A DNA stretch of 64,000 bases from an uncultured Acidobacteriota bacterium (lineage in GTDB: Bacteria > Acidobacteriota > Thermoanaerobaculia > Multivoradales > SZUA-115), in assembly GCA_963805975.1 (NCBI GenBank), contig CAWDVR010000001.1:758106-822105 (forward strand). Reading direction: 5' to 3'. Below the pieces are notes generated by a model, which had not been told where the DNA came from, did not search any database, and saw only the letters and a program-made list of their open reading frames with translations. Position numbers and translations under genes: made by a program. Below, piece after piece: positions 19,613 through 29,002 of the stretch. The number at the start of each line of letters is the position of its first letter. The first letter of the stretch is position 1.

Positions 19613-20157
19613 ACGGATCGAACTCGAAGCTCAGGCCCGCGCTGATCGGCGGCGCGGCGTTGGGGGCGGCCTCCGCCATCCCGCCGATCAACTTTCTCAA
19701 CTGCGCCTGCTGCGCGCTGGTGATCGGCGGCGGCCTGCTGGCGATGTACCTCTACATGAAGGACTCGCCCCCCGCGCCGCAGCCGCCCTACGGCGACGGC
19801 GCCATCCTGGGCCTGATGGCCGGCGCCATCGGCGCCGTGGTGGCCACCATCGTCACCATCCCGGTGCAGCTGATCATGGCCAGCTTCATGAACCCTGAGG
19901 GCCAGGCGCAGCAGATCCGCGAGGCCTTCGACCAGGCCGACCTGCCGCCCGCTGTCGAGCAGTTCGTGATCAACATGGCGAGCCCGACGCTCAACGCCAC
20001 CAAGCTGCTGATCGGGCTGGCGATGAACCTGGTGATCTTCGGCATCTTCGCCATGATCGGCGGCATCATCGGCGCCGCGGTCTTCCACAAGAAGGGCCGG
20101 CCCATGGCCCCGGCGCCGTACGAGCCGCCTCCGCCGCCGCCGGTCATGAACGTGTAG
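19609..20157 (+). CDS. hypothetical integral membrane protein, Pro-rich C-terminus
   Basis: ATG at MNGSNSKL with GGGAGA upstream; 4 nt overlap with the previous gene; several hydrophobic helices. Confidence 0.55.
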   Translation: MNGSNSKLRPALIGGAALGAASAIPPINFLNCACCALVIGGGLLAMYLYMKDSPPAPQPPYGDGAILGLMAGAIGAVVATIVTIPVQLIMASFMNPEGQAQQIREAFDQADLPPAVEQFVINMASPTLNATKLLIGLAMNLVIFGIFAMIGGIIGAAVFHKKGRPMAPAPYEPPPPPPVMNV

Positions 20158-20187
20158 GCTGGGGAGCCACGCGGCGGAGCCGCCCGG

Positions 20188-21831
20188 ATGGACAAATCGA
20201 ACCGCGCCCTCTCCGTCGCTTCCGGGATCTTCCTCTCACGCCTGGCCGGCTTCCTACGCGGCCGGGCGATCGCCCACTACTTCGGTGTCGGGCCCTTTGC
20301 CGATGTGTTCGCCACCGCCCTGCGGGCGCCGAACGCGCTGCAGGTGCTGCTCGGCGAGGGCACGCTCTCGGCCTCGTTCATCCCGGTCTACGTGCGGCTG
20401 CTCGAGGCGGGCCGGAAGGAGGAGGCCGGGCGCTTCGCCGGCGCCGTCCTGGGGCTGCTGGTCGCCGTCACCGCCGCTGCCGTGCTCCTGGGGATGGCGT
20501 TCGCCGGGCCGCTCGTCGCGCTGCTGACGCCCGGCTACCTGGCCGACGCCGGCCGCGTGGCGGCGGGCGAGGCCACGGCCGACCGCTTCGCGCTCTCGGT
20601 GCAGGCGGTGCGCATCGTGTTCCCGATGACCGGCTTCCTGGTGCTCTCGGTCTGGGCGCTGGGCGTCCTCAACAGCCACCGGCGTTTTTTCCTGGCCTAC
20701 TTCGCGCCCGTGCTGTGGAACGCGGCGATCCTCGCCGCGCTGGTGGCGGCGGGCCGCGGCTGGTGGCCGGGTGTCGGCGCCGCCAACCTCGACGGCCTGC
20801 TCTACGCCGCCTGCTGGGGGGCGCTCGCCGGAGGGGCGCTGCAGTTCCTGGTGCAGTTGCCTACCGCGCTCTCGCTCCTCGGTGGGCTCCGGCTCTCGCT
20901 GAGCCCGGCCGTGCCGGGAGTGAGGGAAGCGCTGGCTGCCTTCGGCCCGGTGGTGGCGGGCCGGGGCGTGGTCCAGCTCGCCGGCTATCTCGATCTGATC
21001 CTCGCCTCGCTTCTTGCGACTGGCGCCGTGGCGGCGCTCGCCAACGCGCAGGTGCTCTACCTGCTGCCGATCTCGCTTTTCGGCATGTCGGTGGCGGCGG
21101 CGGAGCTGCCGGAGCTGGCGCGGGCGGGCGCCGCTTCGCGCGGCCGGCTCGCCGAACGGCTGTCGGGGGGGCTGGGGCAGGTCGCCTTCCTGACCGTGCC
21201 GGCGGCGCTCGGCTACCTCTTCTTCGGGTTTCTGATCGTGGGCGCTCTCTACCGCACGGGCCGCTTCGGCGAGGCCGAGACCTGGCTCGTCACCTGGGTG
21301 CTCGCCGGCTACGCCCTGGGCCTGCCGGCGAGCACGCTGTCGCGGCTGCTCCAGAACAGCTTCTACGCCCTCTCCGACACCCGCACGCCGGCCCGTATCG
21401 CCGGGCTGCGGGTAGCCGTGGCCGCTGCCGCCGCGGTGCCGCTCATGGTTTGGCTCGACCGCTACACGGTACCGGGCTCGGAGCTGCGGCTGGGTGCGGT
21501 GGGATTGGCCCTCGGCGCCTCGCTCGGCGCCTGGCTCGAGCTCTGGCGGCTGCGGAAGGCGCTCGCCGTAGAGGTCCCAGATCTCGCGTGGCCCTGGCCC
21601 GAGCTCGGCCGGATGCTCGCCGCCGCGGCGCTCGCGGCGCTGCCGGCCGCGCTTCTCTGGTGGCTCGCCGCCCGGCTGCACCCGGTGCTCGCCGCGGCCC
21701 TGGTGCTGGCGCCCTTCGCGGTGCTGTACTTTCTGATAGCGCGCTGGTTGGGGCTCCGGCAGACTGAGCGGTGGCTCGGGAGCCGCTTTCGTCGCGGCGG
21801 AGGGAACAAGCGCGGGGGGGGCCGCGTTTAA
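20188..21831 (+). CDS. murJ: lipid II flippase MurJ (MviN)
   Basis: 547 aa polytopic protein. N-terminus MDKSNRALSVASGIFLSRLAGFLRGRAIAHYFGVGPFADVFATALRAPNALQVLLGEGTLSASFIPVY matches the MurJ family. Confidence 0.85.
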   Translation: MDKSNRALSVASGIFLSRLAGFLRGRAIAHYFGVGPFADVFATALRAPNALQVLLGEGTLSASFIPVYVRLLEAGRKEEAGRFAGAVLGLLVAVTAAAVLLGMAFAGPLVALLTPGYLADAGRVAAGEATADRFALSVQAVRIVFPMTGFLVLSVWALGVLNSHRRFFLAYFAPVLWNAAILAALVAAGRGWWPGVGAANLDGLLYAACWGALAGGALQFLVQLPTALSLLGGLRLSLSPAVPGVREALAAFGPVVAGRGVVQLAGYLDLILASLLATGAVAALANAQVLYLLPISLFGMSVAAAELPELARAGAASRGRLAERLSGGLGQVAFLTVPAALGYLFFGFLIVGALYRTGRFGEAETWLVTWVLAGYALGLPASTLSRLLQNSFYALSDTRTPARIAGLRVAVAAAAAVPLMVWLDRYTVPGSELRLGAVGLALGASLGAWLELWRLRKALAVEVPDLAWPWPELGRMLAAAALAALPAALLWWLAARLHPVLAAALVLAPFAVLYFLIARWLGLRQTERWLGSRFRRGGGNKRGGGRV

Positions 21832-21855
21832 TTGCTTTGAGGAGCCTCATCGACC

Positions 21856-22437
21856 ATGGACACTCTGCTCAGCGTCTGTCTCGGCATCGGTCTCGCGGCG
21901 GCTTGCGGCTTCCGCATCTTCGTGCCGTTCCTGCTCATGAACCTGGCGGCGCGAGCGGGCTACCTGTCGGTGGCGGGCGGCTTCGAGTGGATCGGCTCGA
22001 CGCCGGCGCTGATCCTCTTCGCGGTCGCGACCGGCCTCGAGATCGCGGCCTACTACGTTCCCTGGCTCGACAACGCCCTCGACACCGTGGCGGGGCCGCT
22101 CGCGGTGGTGGCCGGCGTGGTGATGATGGCCTCGTCGGTCACCGGCATGAACCCGATGCTCAAGTGGACGCTGGCGCTGATCGCCGGCGGGGGCGCGGCC
22201 GGGCTGGTGGCCGGCCTCACGGGCGCCGCCCGCGGCGCTTCGAGCCTCACTACCGGCGGCGCTGCCAACTTCCTGGTGGCGAGCGTCGAGGCGGTGGGCT
22301 CGGTCGCCATGTCGGTGCTGGCCATGGCCCTGCCGCTGGTTGCCGCCGTGCTCTTCGCGGTGGCCGTGTTCCTGGCCTTTCGCTGGCTCGCGACGCGGGT
22401 CGCCGGGGGATCCCCGGCGGCCGCCGCGAGCGGATGA
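21856..22437 (+). CDS. DUF4126-family membrane protein
   Basis: N-terminus MDTLLSVCLGIGLAAACGFRIFVPFLLMNL and Gly/Ala-rich helices. Confidence 0.65.
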   Translation: MDTLLSVCLGIGLAAACGFRIFVPFLLMNLAARAGYLSVAGGFEWIGSTPALILFAVATGLEIAAYYVPWLDNALDTVAGPLAVVAGVVMMASSVTGMNPMLKWTLALIAGGGAAGLVAGLTGAARGASSLTTGGAANFLVASVEAVGSVAMSVLAMALPLVAAVLFAVAVFLAFRWLATRVAGGSPAAAASG

Positions 22438-22441
22438 GGAC

Positions 22442-23566
22442 ATGGGCCGGTCTCCCGCAGCCGGGCTCGCGTGGATGCTCCTCCTGGGCGCCGGCTGCGC
22501 CTCGGCGCCGCCGCCCGCCAAGCCCTGGCGCCAGGCCCTGGAGGCCGAGCTCGCCGGCCGCGGCTTCTCTCCGACCGCCCTGACCATCCCTTTCGAGATC
22601 GATCCCTCCGGCCGCGCCTGGCTGGCCCAGGAGAAGCCGCTCTCCGAACCCGACGCGGACCCTCTGCAACGCCTGCTCGATCGCATGGTGGCAGAGGACG
22701 GCCTCGGCATCACCTACCTCCGGAGCTTCACCGGCACGGCAACGGAGGTGATGGAGCAGCGCAAGGCCAACTGCCTGGGCTTCGTCAACCTGTTCGTGGC
22801 CATGGCCCGGGAGCTGGGCCTCGAGGCCTTCTTCGTGGCGGTCGAGGATCGCCCGGTCTACGACCGTGCGGGGGACCTGGTGCTGATCTCCGACCACGTC
22901 TCGGCCGGTTTCTTCAGCGCCGGCGAGCTTCGGCTGCTCGACTTCCAGGCGGGGGAGGACCCCTCGTACAAGCAGGTGCGCCCGGTCTCGGACCTCGACG
23001 CGCTGGCCCGGTACTACTCGAACCGCGGCGCCGAGCTGGTCCGCGAGGGCAAGGCCCGGGAAGCCAAGGGGTGGCTGGAGACGGCGGTGCGGATCGCGCC
23101 TTCGCTGCCGGCGAGCTGGGTGAACCTCGGCGTGGCGCGGCGGCGGATCGGGGACCTGCCGGGAGCCGAGGCGGCGTATCGCACGGCGCTCGAGACGGAC
23201 CCCGCTACGCTCTCCGCCTACCAGAACCTGGCCGCGCTGCTGCGCTTGCGCGGGCAGGAAGAAGAGGCCATCCGGCTGCTCGCCGCGACGGAGAAGGCCG
23301 GCAACCGGAACCCGTACAGCTACCTGTCGCTGGGCGACTGGAACCGCGAATCGGGCCGGCTGGAGGAGGCCCGGCGCTGCTATCGGCGGGCGCTGTTGCT
23401 GGACAGTCTCAAGGCCGAGCCCTACGCGGCGCTGGGGGAGCTGGAGCTCGAGGGCGGCCACCTCGACCGCGCGCGCCGCTGGTTGCGCAAGGCCAAAAAG
23501 CTCGACCCCGCGGACGAGCGCACGTCGAGCCTCGAGCAGCGGCTGGCGGGGCGGCAGGCGAGCTGA
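22442..23566 (+). CDS. lipoprotein with transglutaminase-like cysteine protease core and C-terminal TPR repeats
   Basis: Lipobox LLLGAGCAS; Cys/His/Asp triad context (KANCLGFVNLF ... ISDHVSAG); TPR-like repeats (AEAAYRTALETDP, AKKLDP). Confidence 0.6.
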   Translation: MGRSPAAGLAWMLLLGAGCASAPPPAKPWRQALEAELAGRGFSPTALTIPFEIDPSGRAWLAQEKPLSEPDADPLQRLLDRMVAEDGLGITYLRSFTGTATEVMEQRKANCLGFVNLFVAMARELGLEAFFVAVEDRPVYDRAGDLVLISDHVSAGFFSAGELRLLDFQAGEDPSYKQVRPVSDLDALARYYSNRGAELVREGKAREAKGWLETAVRIAPSLPASWVNLGVARRRIGDLPGAEAAYRTALETDPATLSAYQNLAALLRLRGQEEEAIRLLAATEKAGNRNPYSYLSLGDWNRESGRLEEARRCYRRALLLDSLKAEPYAALGELELEGGHLDRARRWLRKAKKLDPADERTSSLEQRLAGRQAS

Positions 23567-23570
23567 CCGG

Positions 23571-23697
23571 CGCCCCTCACCCCGTCCCTCTCCCCGCTAA
23601 CGCGGGGCGAGGGCGCCACCGCCCGCCCCTGAGAACCACAGGCCACCCTCCGGTCCCCTCTCCCCGCTTGCGGGGAGAGGGCCAGGGTGAGGGGCCC
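23571..23697. repeat. compound GC-rich palindromic (REP-like) element; a second copy lies at ~32781..32865
   Basis: Outer arms CCCCTCACCC/GGGTGAGGGG enclose two hairpins of the form CCCTCTCCCCGC-loop-GCGGGGAGAGGG. It sits immediately after a stop codon, so it may double as a terminator. Confidence 0.5.
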
Positions 23698-23745
23698 TGG
23701 ATCCACTCTTGACGCCCTCCCCTCCCTCTGCTTTGCTCCGCCCGC

Positions 23746-25983
23746 ATGGCTCAGCCCTCGACGTGGCGTATCTGGGTCGACACCGGCGGGACGTTCACGG
23801 ACTGCCTGGCGGTCGACCCCGGCGGTGCGCTGCACCGCGCCAAGGTGCTCTCCACCAGCGCGCTGCGCGGGCGCGTGGTGGCGGTGCTCGACGGCCGGCA
23901 CGTCGAGATCGAAGCGCCGTGGCAGGCGCCGGACGGTTTCTTCGCCGGCTTCGAGTGGCGGCGGCTCGGGGGCGGGGAGACGACCGCGGTCTCCGGCTAC
24001 GACGCGGCCTCGCGCGTGGTCGAGCTGGCCGCCGAGCCGACGCCGGAGCCGGTGGCCGGAGAGGGTTTCGAGCTGCTGTCGGAGGAAGAGGCGCCGGTGC
24101 TCGCGGTGCGGCTGGTCACCGGCACGGTGCCGGGCCGGTCCCTGCCGCCGGTCGCGCTTCGCCTCGCCACCACCCGCGGCACCAACGCCCTGCTCGAAGG
24201 CAAGGGCGCGCAGACGGCGCTGTTCATCACCCGTGGCTTCGGAGACTTGCTCGAGATCGGCACCCAGCAGCGGCCGGACCTCTTCGCGCTGGCGGTGGTC
24301 AAGCCGCGGCCGCTGCCGGCAGTGGTGGTGGAGGTCGAGGAGCGGCTGGCGGCCGACGGCTCGGTGCTGGTGCCGCTCGACCCCGCCGCGGTGGAGCGCG
24401 CCGGAATCGAGCTCAGGGCGCGAGGGATCGAAGCGGCGGCCGTCGCTTTCCTCCATTCCTACCGCAACCCTGCCCACGAGCAAGCCGCGGCGGCGGCGCT
24501 CCGGCGAGCCGGCATCGCCCAGGTCTCGGCCTCGGCGGAGCTCGCGCCGCGCATCAAGATCCTGCCGCGCGCCGAGACCGCGGTGGTGGACGCCTACCTC
24601 GGACCCGTGATCCGCGGCTATCTCGAGCGCGTGGCCACGGCCCTGGGGAGCGGCAGCAGCCTGCACGTGATGACCAGCGCCGGGGGCCTGGCCCGTGCCG
24701 AGTCCTTTCATCCCAAGGACAGCCTCCTCTCCGGGCCGGCGGGCGGCGTGGTGGGAGCCGCGCGCGCCGGGCGGCGGGCCGGCTTCCGGCGGCTGATCGG
24801 CTTCGACATGGGCGGCACCTCGACCGACGTGGCCCGCTACGACGGCGACTTCGACTACACCTTCGAGCACCAGGTGGGCCGGGCGCGGCTGGCGGCGCCG
24901 GCGCTCGCGGTCGAGACCGTGGCAGCGGGCGGCGGCTCGACCTGCGCCTTCGACGGCACGCAGCTCCTGGTGGGCCCGGAGAGCGCCGGGGCCCGGCCGG
25001 GCCCCGCCTGCTACGGCGCCGGCGGGCCGCTGACCCTGACCGACGTCAACCTGCTCCTCGGCCGGCTGGCGCCCGGCTTCTTCGGCATCCCGCTCGACCA
25101 AGAGGCGGCCGAGCGGGCGTTCCGGGAGCTGCTGGCCCCCCTGCACCGCTCCTCGCCGGCCGTCGAGCCCGAGGCCGTGCTGGAGGGCCTGCTCGCGATC
25201 GCCGACGAGCGCATGGCCGGCGCCATCCGCACCCTTTCCGTGGCGCGCGGCTACGACCCCGCCGACTACGCTCTGCTCGCCTTCGGTGGCGCCGGCGGCC
25301 AGCACGCCTGCGCGGTGGCGGCTCTGCTGGGGATCTCGACCGTGATCGTGCCTCCGGACGCGGGCCTCCTGTCCGCCGCGGGGCTGGGCGCGGCCGTGGT
25401 CGAACGGTTCCGGGAGCGGCAGGTGCTGGCGCCGCTCTCCGAGGTCGAGGCGGAGCTTCCGGCCTGGCTGGCGAGCCTCGGGCGCGAGGCCGCCGCGGCG
25501 GTTGCGGCCGAGGGCGTGGCGGAGCAGGAGATCGTCGTCCGGCGCCGCATGGTGCACCTTCGTCTCCTCGGCCAGGAGGCGTCGCTCGCCGTCGAATGGA
25601 GCGAGGGCGAAGACTTGGCCGCGGCTTTCGTCACTGCCTACCAGAGCCTCTACGGCTACCGGCCTCTGGCCGGGTGCGCGGTGGAGATCGAGTCGCTGCG
25701 GGTGGTGGCCTCGTCGCGGCCGGAGCCGGAGCTTGCGGTCGGTCCCGTCCCGAGCGGCCATGCGGCCCGGGCGAGCGGCCGGAGCCGTGCGTTCTTCGAT
25801 GGCGCCTGGCGCGAGACGGCGGCCTTCGCCCGCCACGAGCTCGAGCCCGGGGCGGAGCTCCTTAGCCCGGGCCTGGTGCTGGAGGCCCACGCCACCACGG
25901 TGGTGCCGCCCGGCTGGCAGGGGAGAGTCGACGCGAGCGGCGCACTGATACTGACTTTGAGCGAGATCAAGGAGATCCCATGA
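23746..25983 (+). CDS. hyuA: hydantoinase/oxoprolinase family protein, A subunit (HyuA-like)
   Basis: 745 aa. N-terminal RIWVDTGGTFTDCL motif and overall similarity to the Hydantoinase_A family. Confidence 0.8.
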   Translation: MAQPSTWRIWVDTGGTFTDCLAVDPGGALHRAKVLSTSALRGRVVAVLDGRHVEIEAPWQAPDGFFAGFEWRRLGGGETTAVSGYDAASRVVELAAEPTPEPVAGEGFELLSEEEAPVLAVRLVTGTVPGRSLPPVALRLATTRGTNALLEGKGAQTALFITRGFGDLLEIGTQQRPDLFALAVVKPRPLPAVVVEVEERLAADGSVLVPLDPAAVERAGIELRARGIEAAAVAFLHSYRNPAHEQAAAAALRRAGIAQVSASAELAPRIKILPRAETAVVDAYLGPVIRGYLERVATALGSGSSLHVMTSAGGLARAESFHPKDSLLSGPAGGVVGAARAGRRAGFRRLIGFDMGGTSTDVARYDGDFDYTFEHQVGRARLAAPALAVETVAAGGGSTCAFDGTQLLVGPESAGARPGPACYGAGGPLTLTDVNLLLGRLAPGFFGIPLDQEAAERAFRELLAPLHRSSPAVEPEAVLEGLLAIADERMAGAIRTLSVARGYDPADYALLAFGGAGGQHACAVAALLGISTVIVPPDAGLLSAAGLGAAVVERFRERQVLAPLSEVEAELPAWLASLGREAAAAVAAEGVAEQEIVVRRRMVHLRLLGQEASLAVEWSEGEDLAAAFVTAYQSLYGYRPLAGCAVEIESLRVVASSRPEPELAVGPVPSGHAARASGRSRAFFDGAWRETAAFARHELEPGAELLSPGLVLEAHATTVVPPGWQGRVDASGALILTLSEIKEIP

Positions 25984-26534
25984 ACGGACGCGGATGGAGA
26001 GCCTGGATCCTGGCCCTGGCGTCGAGCGGCATCGTGCTCGCCGCGGCGGCGCAGCCACCGGCCCCGCCGGGCGAGACGAGTGTCGGCGTCGAGGTCGCGC
26101 GCCTCAACGCCAGCCTCCAGGAGCTGGTGGCGCTGATGAAGAAGCAGCTCGACGGGCAGCGGATCGAGCTTCTGATGCGCCAGGTGGAGCTCAAGCGCAG
26201 CAAGCTGGCGCCGTTCGAGGCCGAGCTGCGCTCGACGCGTGCCGCGCGGGACGGCGCCGAGCAGGAGCTGCAGAACCTGAAGGTCAACCAGGAACAGATG
26301 GAGCAGAGCCTCGAGGCCGAGCTCGGGTCCACGGACGGCACGCCCGAGCAGGCGGAGCAGATGGAGAAGATGGTCGAGCAGAGCCTGCGCCATTTCGTCC
26401 TCCAGACCAAGATGACCAGAGACCGCCTGGCGAGCCTGGAGCAGAAGCTGCAGATCCTCGACAGCGACGCGGCGACGGCCCGTGCCGAGGTCGAGCACTG
26501 GGAGGCGCTCGTCGAACGCGAGCTGCAAAGGTAG
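25980..26534 (+). CDS. secreted coiled-coil protein (hypothetical)
   Basis: ATG overlaps the hyuA stop (ATGA). Signal peptide present. The rest is heptad-like, Glu/Leu/Gln-rich. Confidence 0.5.
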   Translation: MNGRGWRAWILALASSGIVLAAAAQPPAPPGETSVGVEVARLNASLQELVALMKKQLDGQRIELLMRQVELKRSKLAPFEAELRSTRAARDGAEQELQNLKVNQEQMEQSLEAELGSTDGTPEQAEQMEKMVEQSLRHFVLQTKMTRDRLASLEQKLQILDSDAATARAEVEHWEALVERELQR

Positions 26535-26572
26535 CTCGACAAAAAAGAGAACGGTCGTGCTATTCTGGCGGC

Positions 26573-27163
26573 GTGTCCAAGGGTGAAGAGACCCGGGCCG
26601 CGATCCTCGATGCGGCGCTCGCCTCGGCCAGCCGTGTCGGTCTGGGGGCGCTCAGCCTGGGGGACCTCGCCCAGCAGGTAGGCCTGTCGAAGAGCGGCCT
26701 CTTCGCCCACTTCGAGTCGAAAGAGCATCTGCAGTTGGAGGTGGTGCAGCGCGCAAAGGATCGCTTCGTCGAAGTGGTCATCGGCCCCGCCTTGCGCCAG
26801 CCACGCGGCGAGCCCCGCGTCCGCGCCCTCTACGAGAACTGGTTCCGCTGGTCGAGCGCCAGCGAGCTGCCCGGCGGCTGCGTGTTCATCGCCGCGGCCA
26901 GCGAGCTCGACGATCGGCCCGGCCCGCTCCGGGACTCGATCGTCGCCGCACAGCGGGACTGGCTGGGGGTGCTGGCGCAGGCCGCCCGCATCGCCATCGA
27001 GGAAGGCCAGTTCCGCGCCGGGCTCGACGCCGACCAGTTCGCCTGGGAAGTGAAAGCCACGATCCTCGCCTACCATCACTTCGCCCGCCTGCTCCAAGCC
27101 GAGGACGCGAAGGCCCGTGCCTTCCGCGCCTTCGAAGCCCTGCTCACCTCCGCCCGCGCCTGA
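26573..27163 (+). CDS. TetR/AcrR-family transcriptional regulator
   Basis: N-terminal HTH signature (TRAAILDAALASASRVGLGALSLGDLAQQVGLSKSGLFAHFESKEHLQL). GTG start is inferred (no ATG in frame), so the start is uncertain. Confidence 0.7.
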   Translation: MSKGEETRAAILDAALASASRVGLGALSLGDLAQQVGLSKSGLFAHFESKEHLQLEVVQRAKDRFVEVVIGPALRQPRGEPRVRALYENWFRWSSASELPGGCVFIAAASELDDRPGPLRDSIVAAQRDWLGVLAQAARIAIEEGQFRAGLDADQFAWEVKATILAYHHFARLLQAEDAKARAFRAFEALLTSARA

Positions 27164-27174
27164 AGGAGATCCCC

Positions 27175-28089
27175 ATGGTCGAGACGGTCCTCGCCGGAGC
27201 AGAAAAAAGCACGATCGTTCGGTCTCATTTTGACGCGCCACCCCCGCCGCCACCCGGCGCCGGCCTGCTCGGTGCGGTGGTGCGCGCCGCGGACCAGCTC
27301 TCGCCCGCCTGGGGCGCGAGCCTCGCCGCCCGGCTCTTCACCACGACCCGGCGCCGTCGCACGCCGGCCCGCGAAGCGGCGTGGCTCGCAACGGCCGAGC
27401 GCTCGACGCTCGTCGTGGGCAGCCACCGGCTGGCGGCCTGGACCTGGGAGGCCATGGGCGACGGCGAGGGCGGACCCACCGTGCTCCTGATCCACGGCTG
27501 GGAGGGCCGTGCCTCGCAGCTCGGCGCGGTCGCCTCGGCGCTCGCCGGGGCCGGCTGCCGTGCGATCGCGGTGGACCTTCCGGCGCACGGCGAGACCGCC
27601 GGCCGGCGCACCAATCTCTACGAGATGGCCTCGGTGGTCGAGGGCCTGGCCACGCGGCTGGGCCCGCTCGCCGGCATCGTCGCCCACTCGTTCGGAGCGG
27701 CGGCCACCACGGTGGCTCTGCGCCGTCCGCTCGACGTGGAGCGGCTGGTCTACCTGGCGCCGTCCGAGGACTTCAATCATTTCACCGGCCTCTTCGGACG
27801 CTGGCTCGGCCTCGAGGCCTCGCTCGTCGAGCGCATGCAGCAGTCGATCGAGCGCCGCATCGGCATCGGCTGGAACGAGCTCCGTGCCTCCCACCTGGCG
27901 CCGTCGATGACTAAACCGCTGCTGATCTTCCACGACGAGCAGGATGCCGACGTGCCCGCCAGTCACGGCCTGACCTATGCCGCGCGCTGGCCCGGCGCGC
28001 GGCTCGTTACCACCCGCGGCCTCGGGCATCGGCGCATCCTGCGCCAGCCGGAAGTGGTGACGGCGGTGGTGGACTTTCTTCGAAGATAG
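27175..28089 (+). CDS. alpha/beta hydrolase
   Basis: LLIHGWEG ... nucleophile elbow VAHSFGAAA (GxSxG) ... C-terminal His region. 304 aa. Confidence 0.7.
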   Translation: MVETVLAGAEKSTIVRSHFDAPPPPPPGAGLLGAVVRAADQLSPAWGASLAARLFTTTRRRRTPAREAAWLATAERSTLVVGSHRLAAWTWEAMGDGEGGPTVLLIHGWEGRASQLGAVASALAGAGCRAIAVDLPAHGETAGRRTNLYEMASVVEGLATRLGPLAGIVAHSFGAAATTVALRRPLDVERLVYLAPSEDFNHFTGLFGRWLGLEASLVERMQQSIERRIGIGWNELRASHLAPSMTKPLLIFHDEQDADVPASHGLTYAARWPGARLVTTRGLGHRRILRQPEVVTAVVDFLRR

Positions 28090-28226
28090 GAATCGCAATT
28101 TGGCTATTTAAGGTCACGAAAGTGCAGGTAGGCGCACTCCTGTGGTTAGAGCACACGAGAAACCACCTCGGCCGGACGTGGACGGACAAGGCCCGCCCAG
28201 GCCGGCCCTCAACAAGGAGAAGCTCC

Positions 28227-28892
28227 ATGCTGCGCAAGATCCTGCTCGTCGCGTCCGTGTCCCTGCTCGCGGCTTCGGCTGCCTGGGCCAAGCCGCCGGT
28301 CTACTTCAGCTTCGCCTCGGACGACTACCACGAAGGGCCGACCTTCAAGGCCAGCGGCGCCCTGTTGTATGGCCAGGGTCGGGTCGACCTGATGGTCGAT
28401 CAGCAGAGCGATTTCGAGGGCGGGGTGGTGATCTTCCCGAGCTTCTTCGAGCTCAAGGCCCAGATGCACTCGTACAACGTGGTGGCGGTCGGCCCTGCCT
28501 TCCTCCACATCTGGGAGTATGAAGGCGAGCTCAGCTTCACCCACTACGACACCGCGTTCGGCTTCCCGCTGTTGCTGACGACCCGGTTCAAGTACGCGGT
28601 GCTGACCAGCCAGTCGCCCTCCGCCACGCAGGCGGGAGAGACGATGACTCTCCAGGCCTCGCAGAGCGTGGACTCCAACGTGGTCTTCCGGGACGGTGCC
28701 GGCCTCGAGGCGGTGCTGAATCTGGTCTACCCGGACGACTATGTCGGCTACAGCTCGGACTTCGCCTTCACCTTCACCAACGTGCGCAGCGGCGGCCTCG
28801 TCGGCCCGCCGCCGAACGTGGACCCCGGCGGCAAGTTCCGCGACGATTGGGAGTCCGAGGGCAGCTTCTCGGCCTCGGGCGGGAACGGCTGA
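28227..28892 (+). CDS. secreted hypothetical protein
   Basis: AAGGAG then ATG; signal peptide MLRKILLVASVSLLAASAAWA. No recognised domain. Confidence 0.5.
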   Translation: MLRKILLVASVSLLAASAAWAKPPVYFSFASDDYHEGPTFKASGALLYGQGRVDLMVDQQSDFEGGVVIFPSFFELKAQMHSYNVVAVGPAFLHIWEYEGELSFTHYDTAFGFPLLLTTRFKYAVLTSQSPSATQAGETMTLQASQSVDSNVVFRDGAGLEAVLNLVYPDDYVGYSSDFAFTFTNVRSGGLVGPPPNVDPGGKFRDDWESEGSFSASGGNG

Positions 28893-29002
28893 CGTTCGTA
28901 GCGATCGGATAGGAAACGGAAACCGGTAGTAGTCAATCGATACGCCCCCTCGGGCCGTGAGGACGGCAGCGGCGAAATCGATACACTGTCTCCGGTTTCC
29001 CC

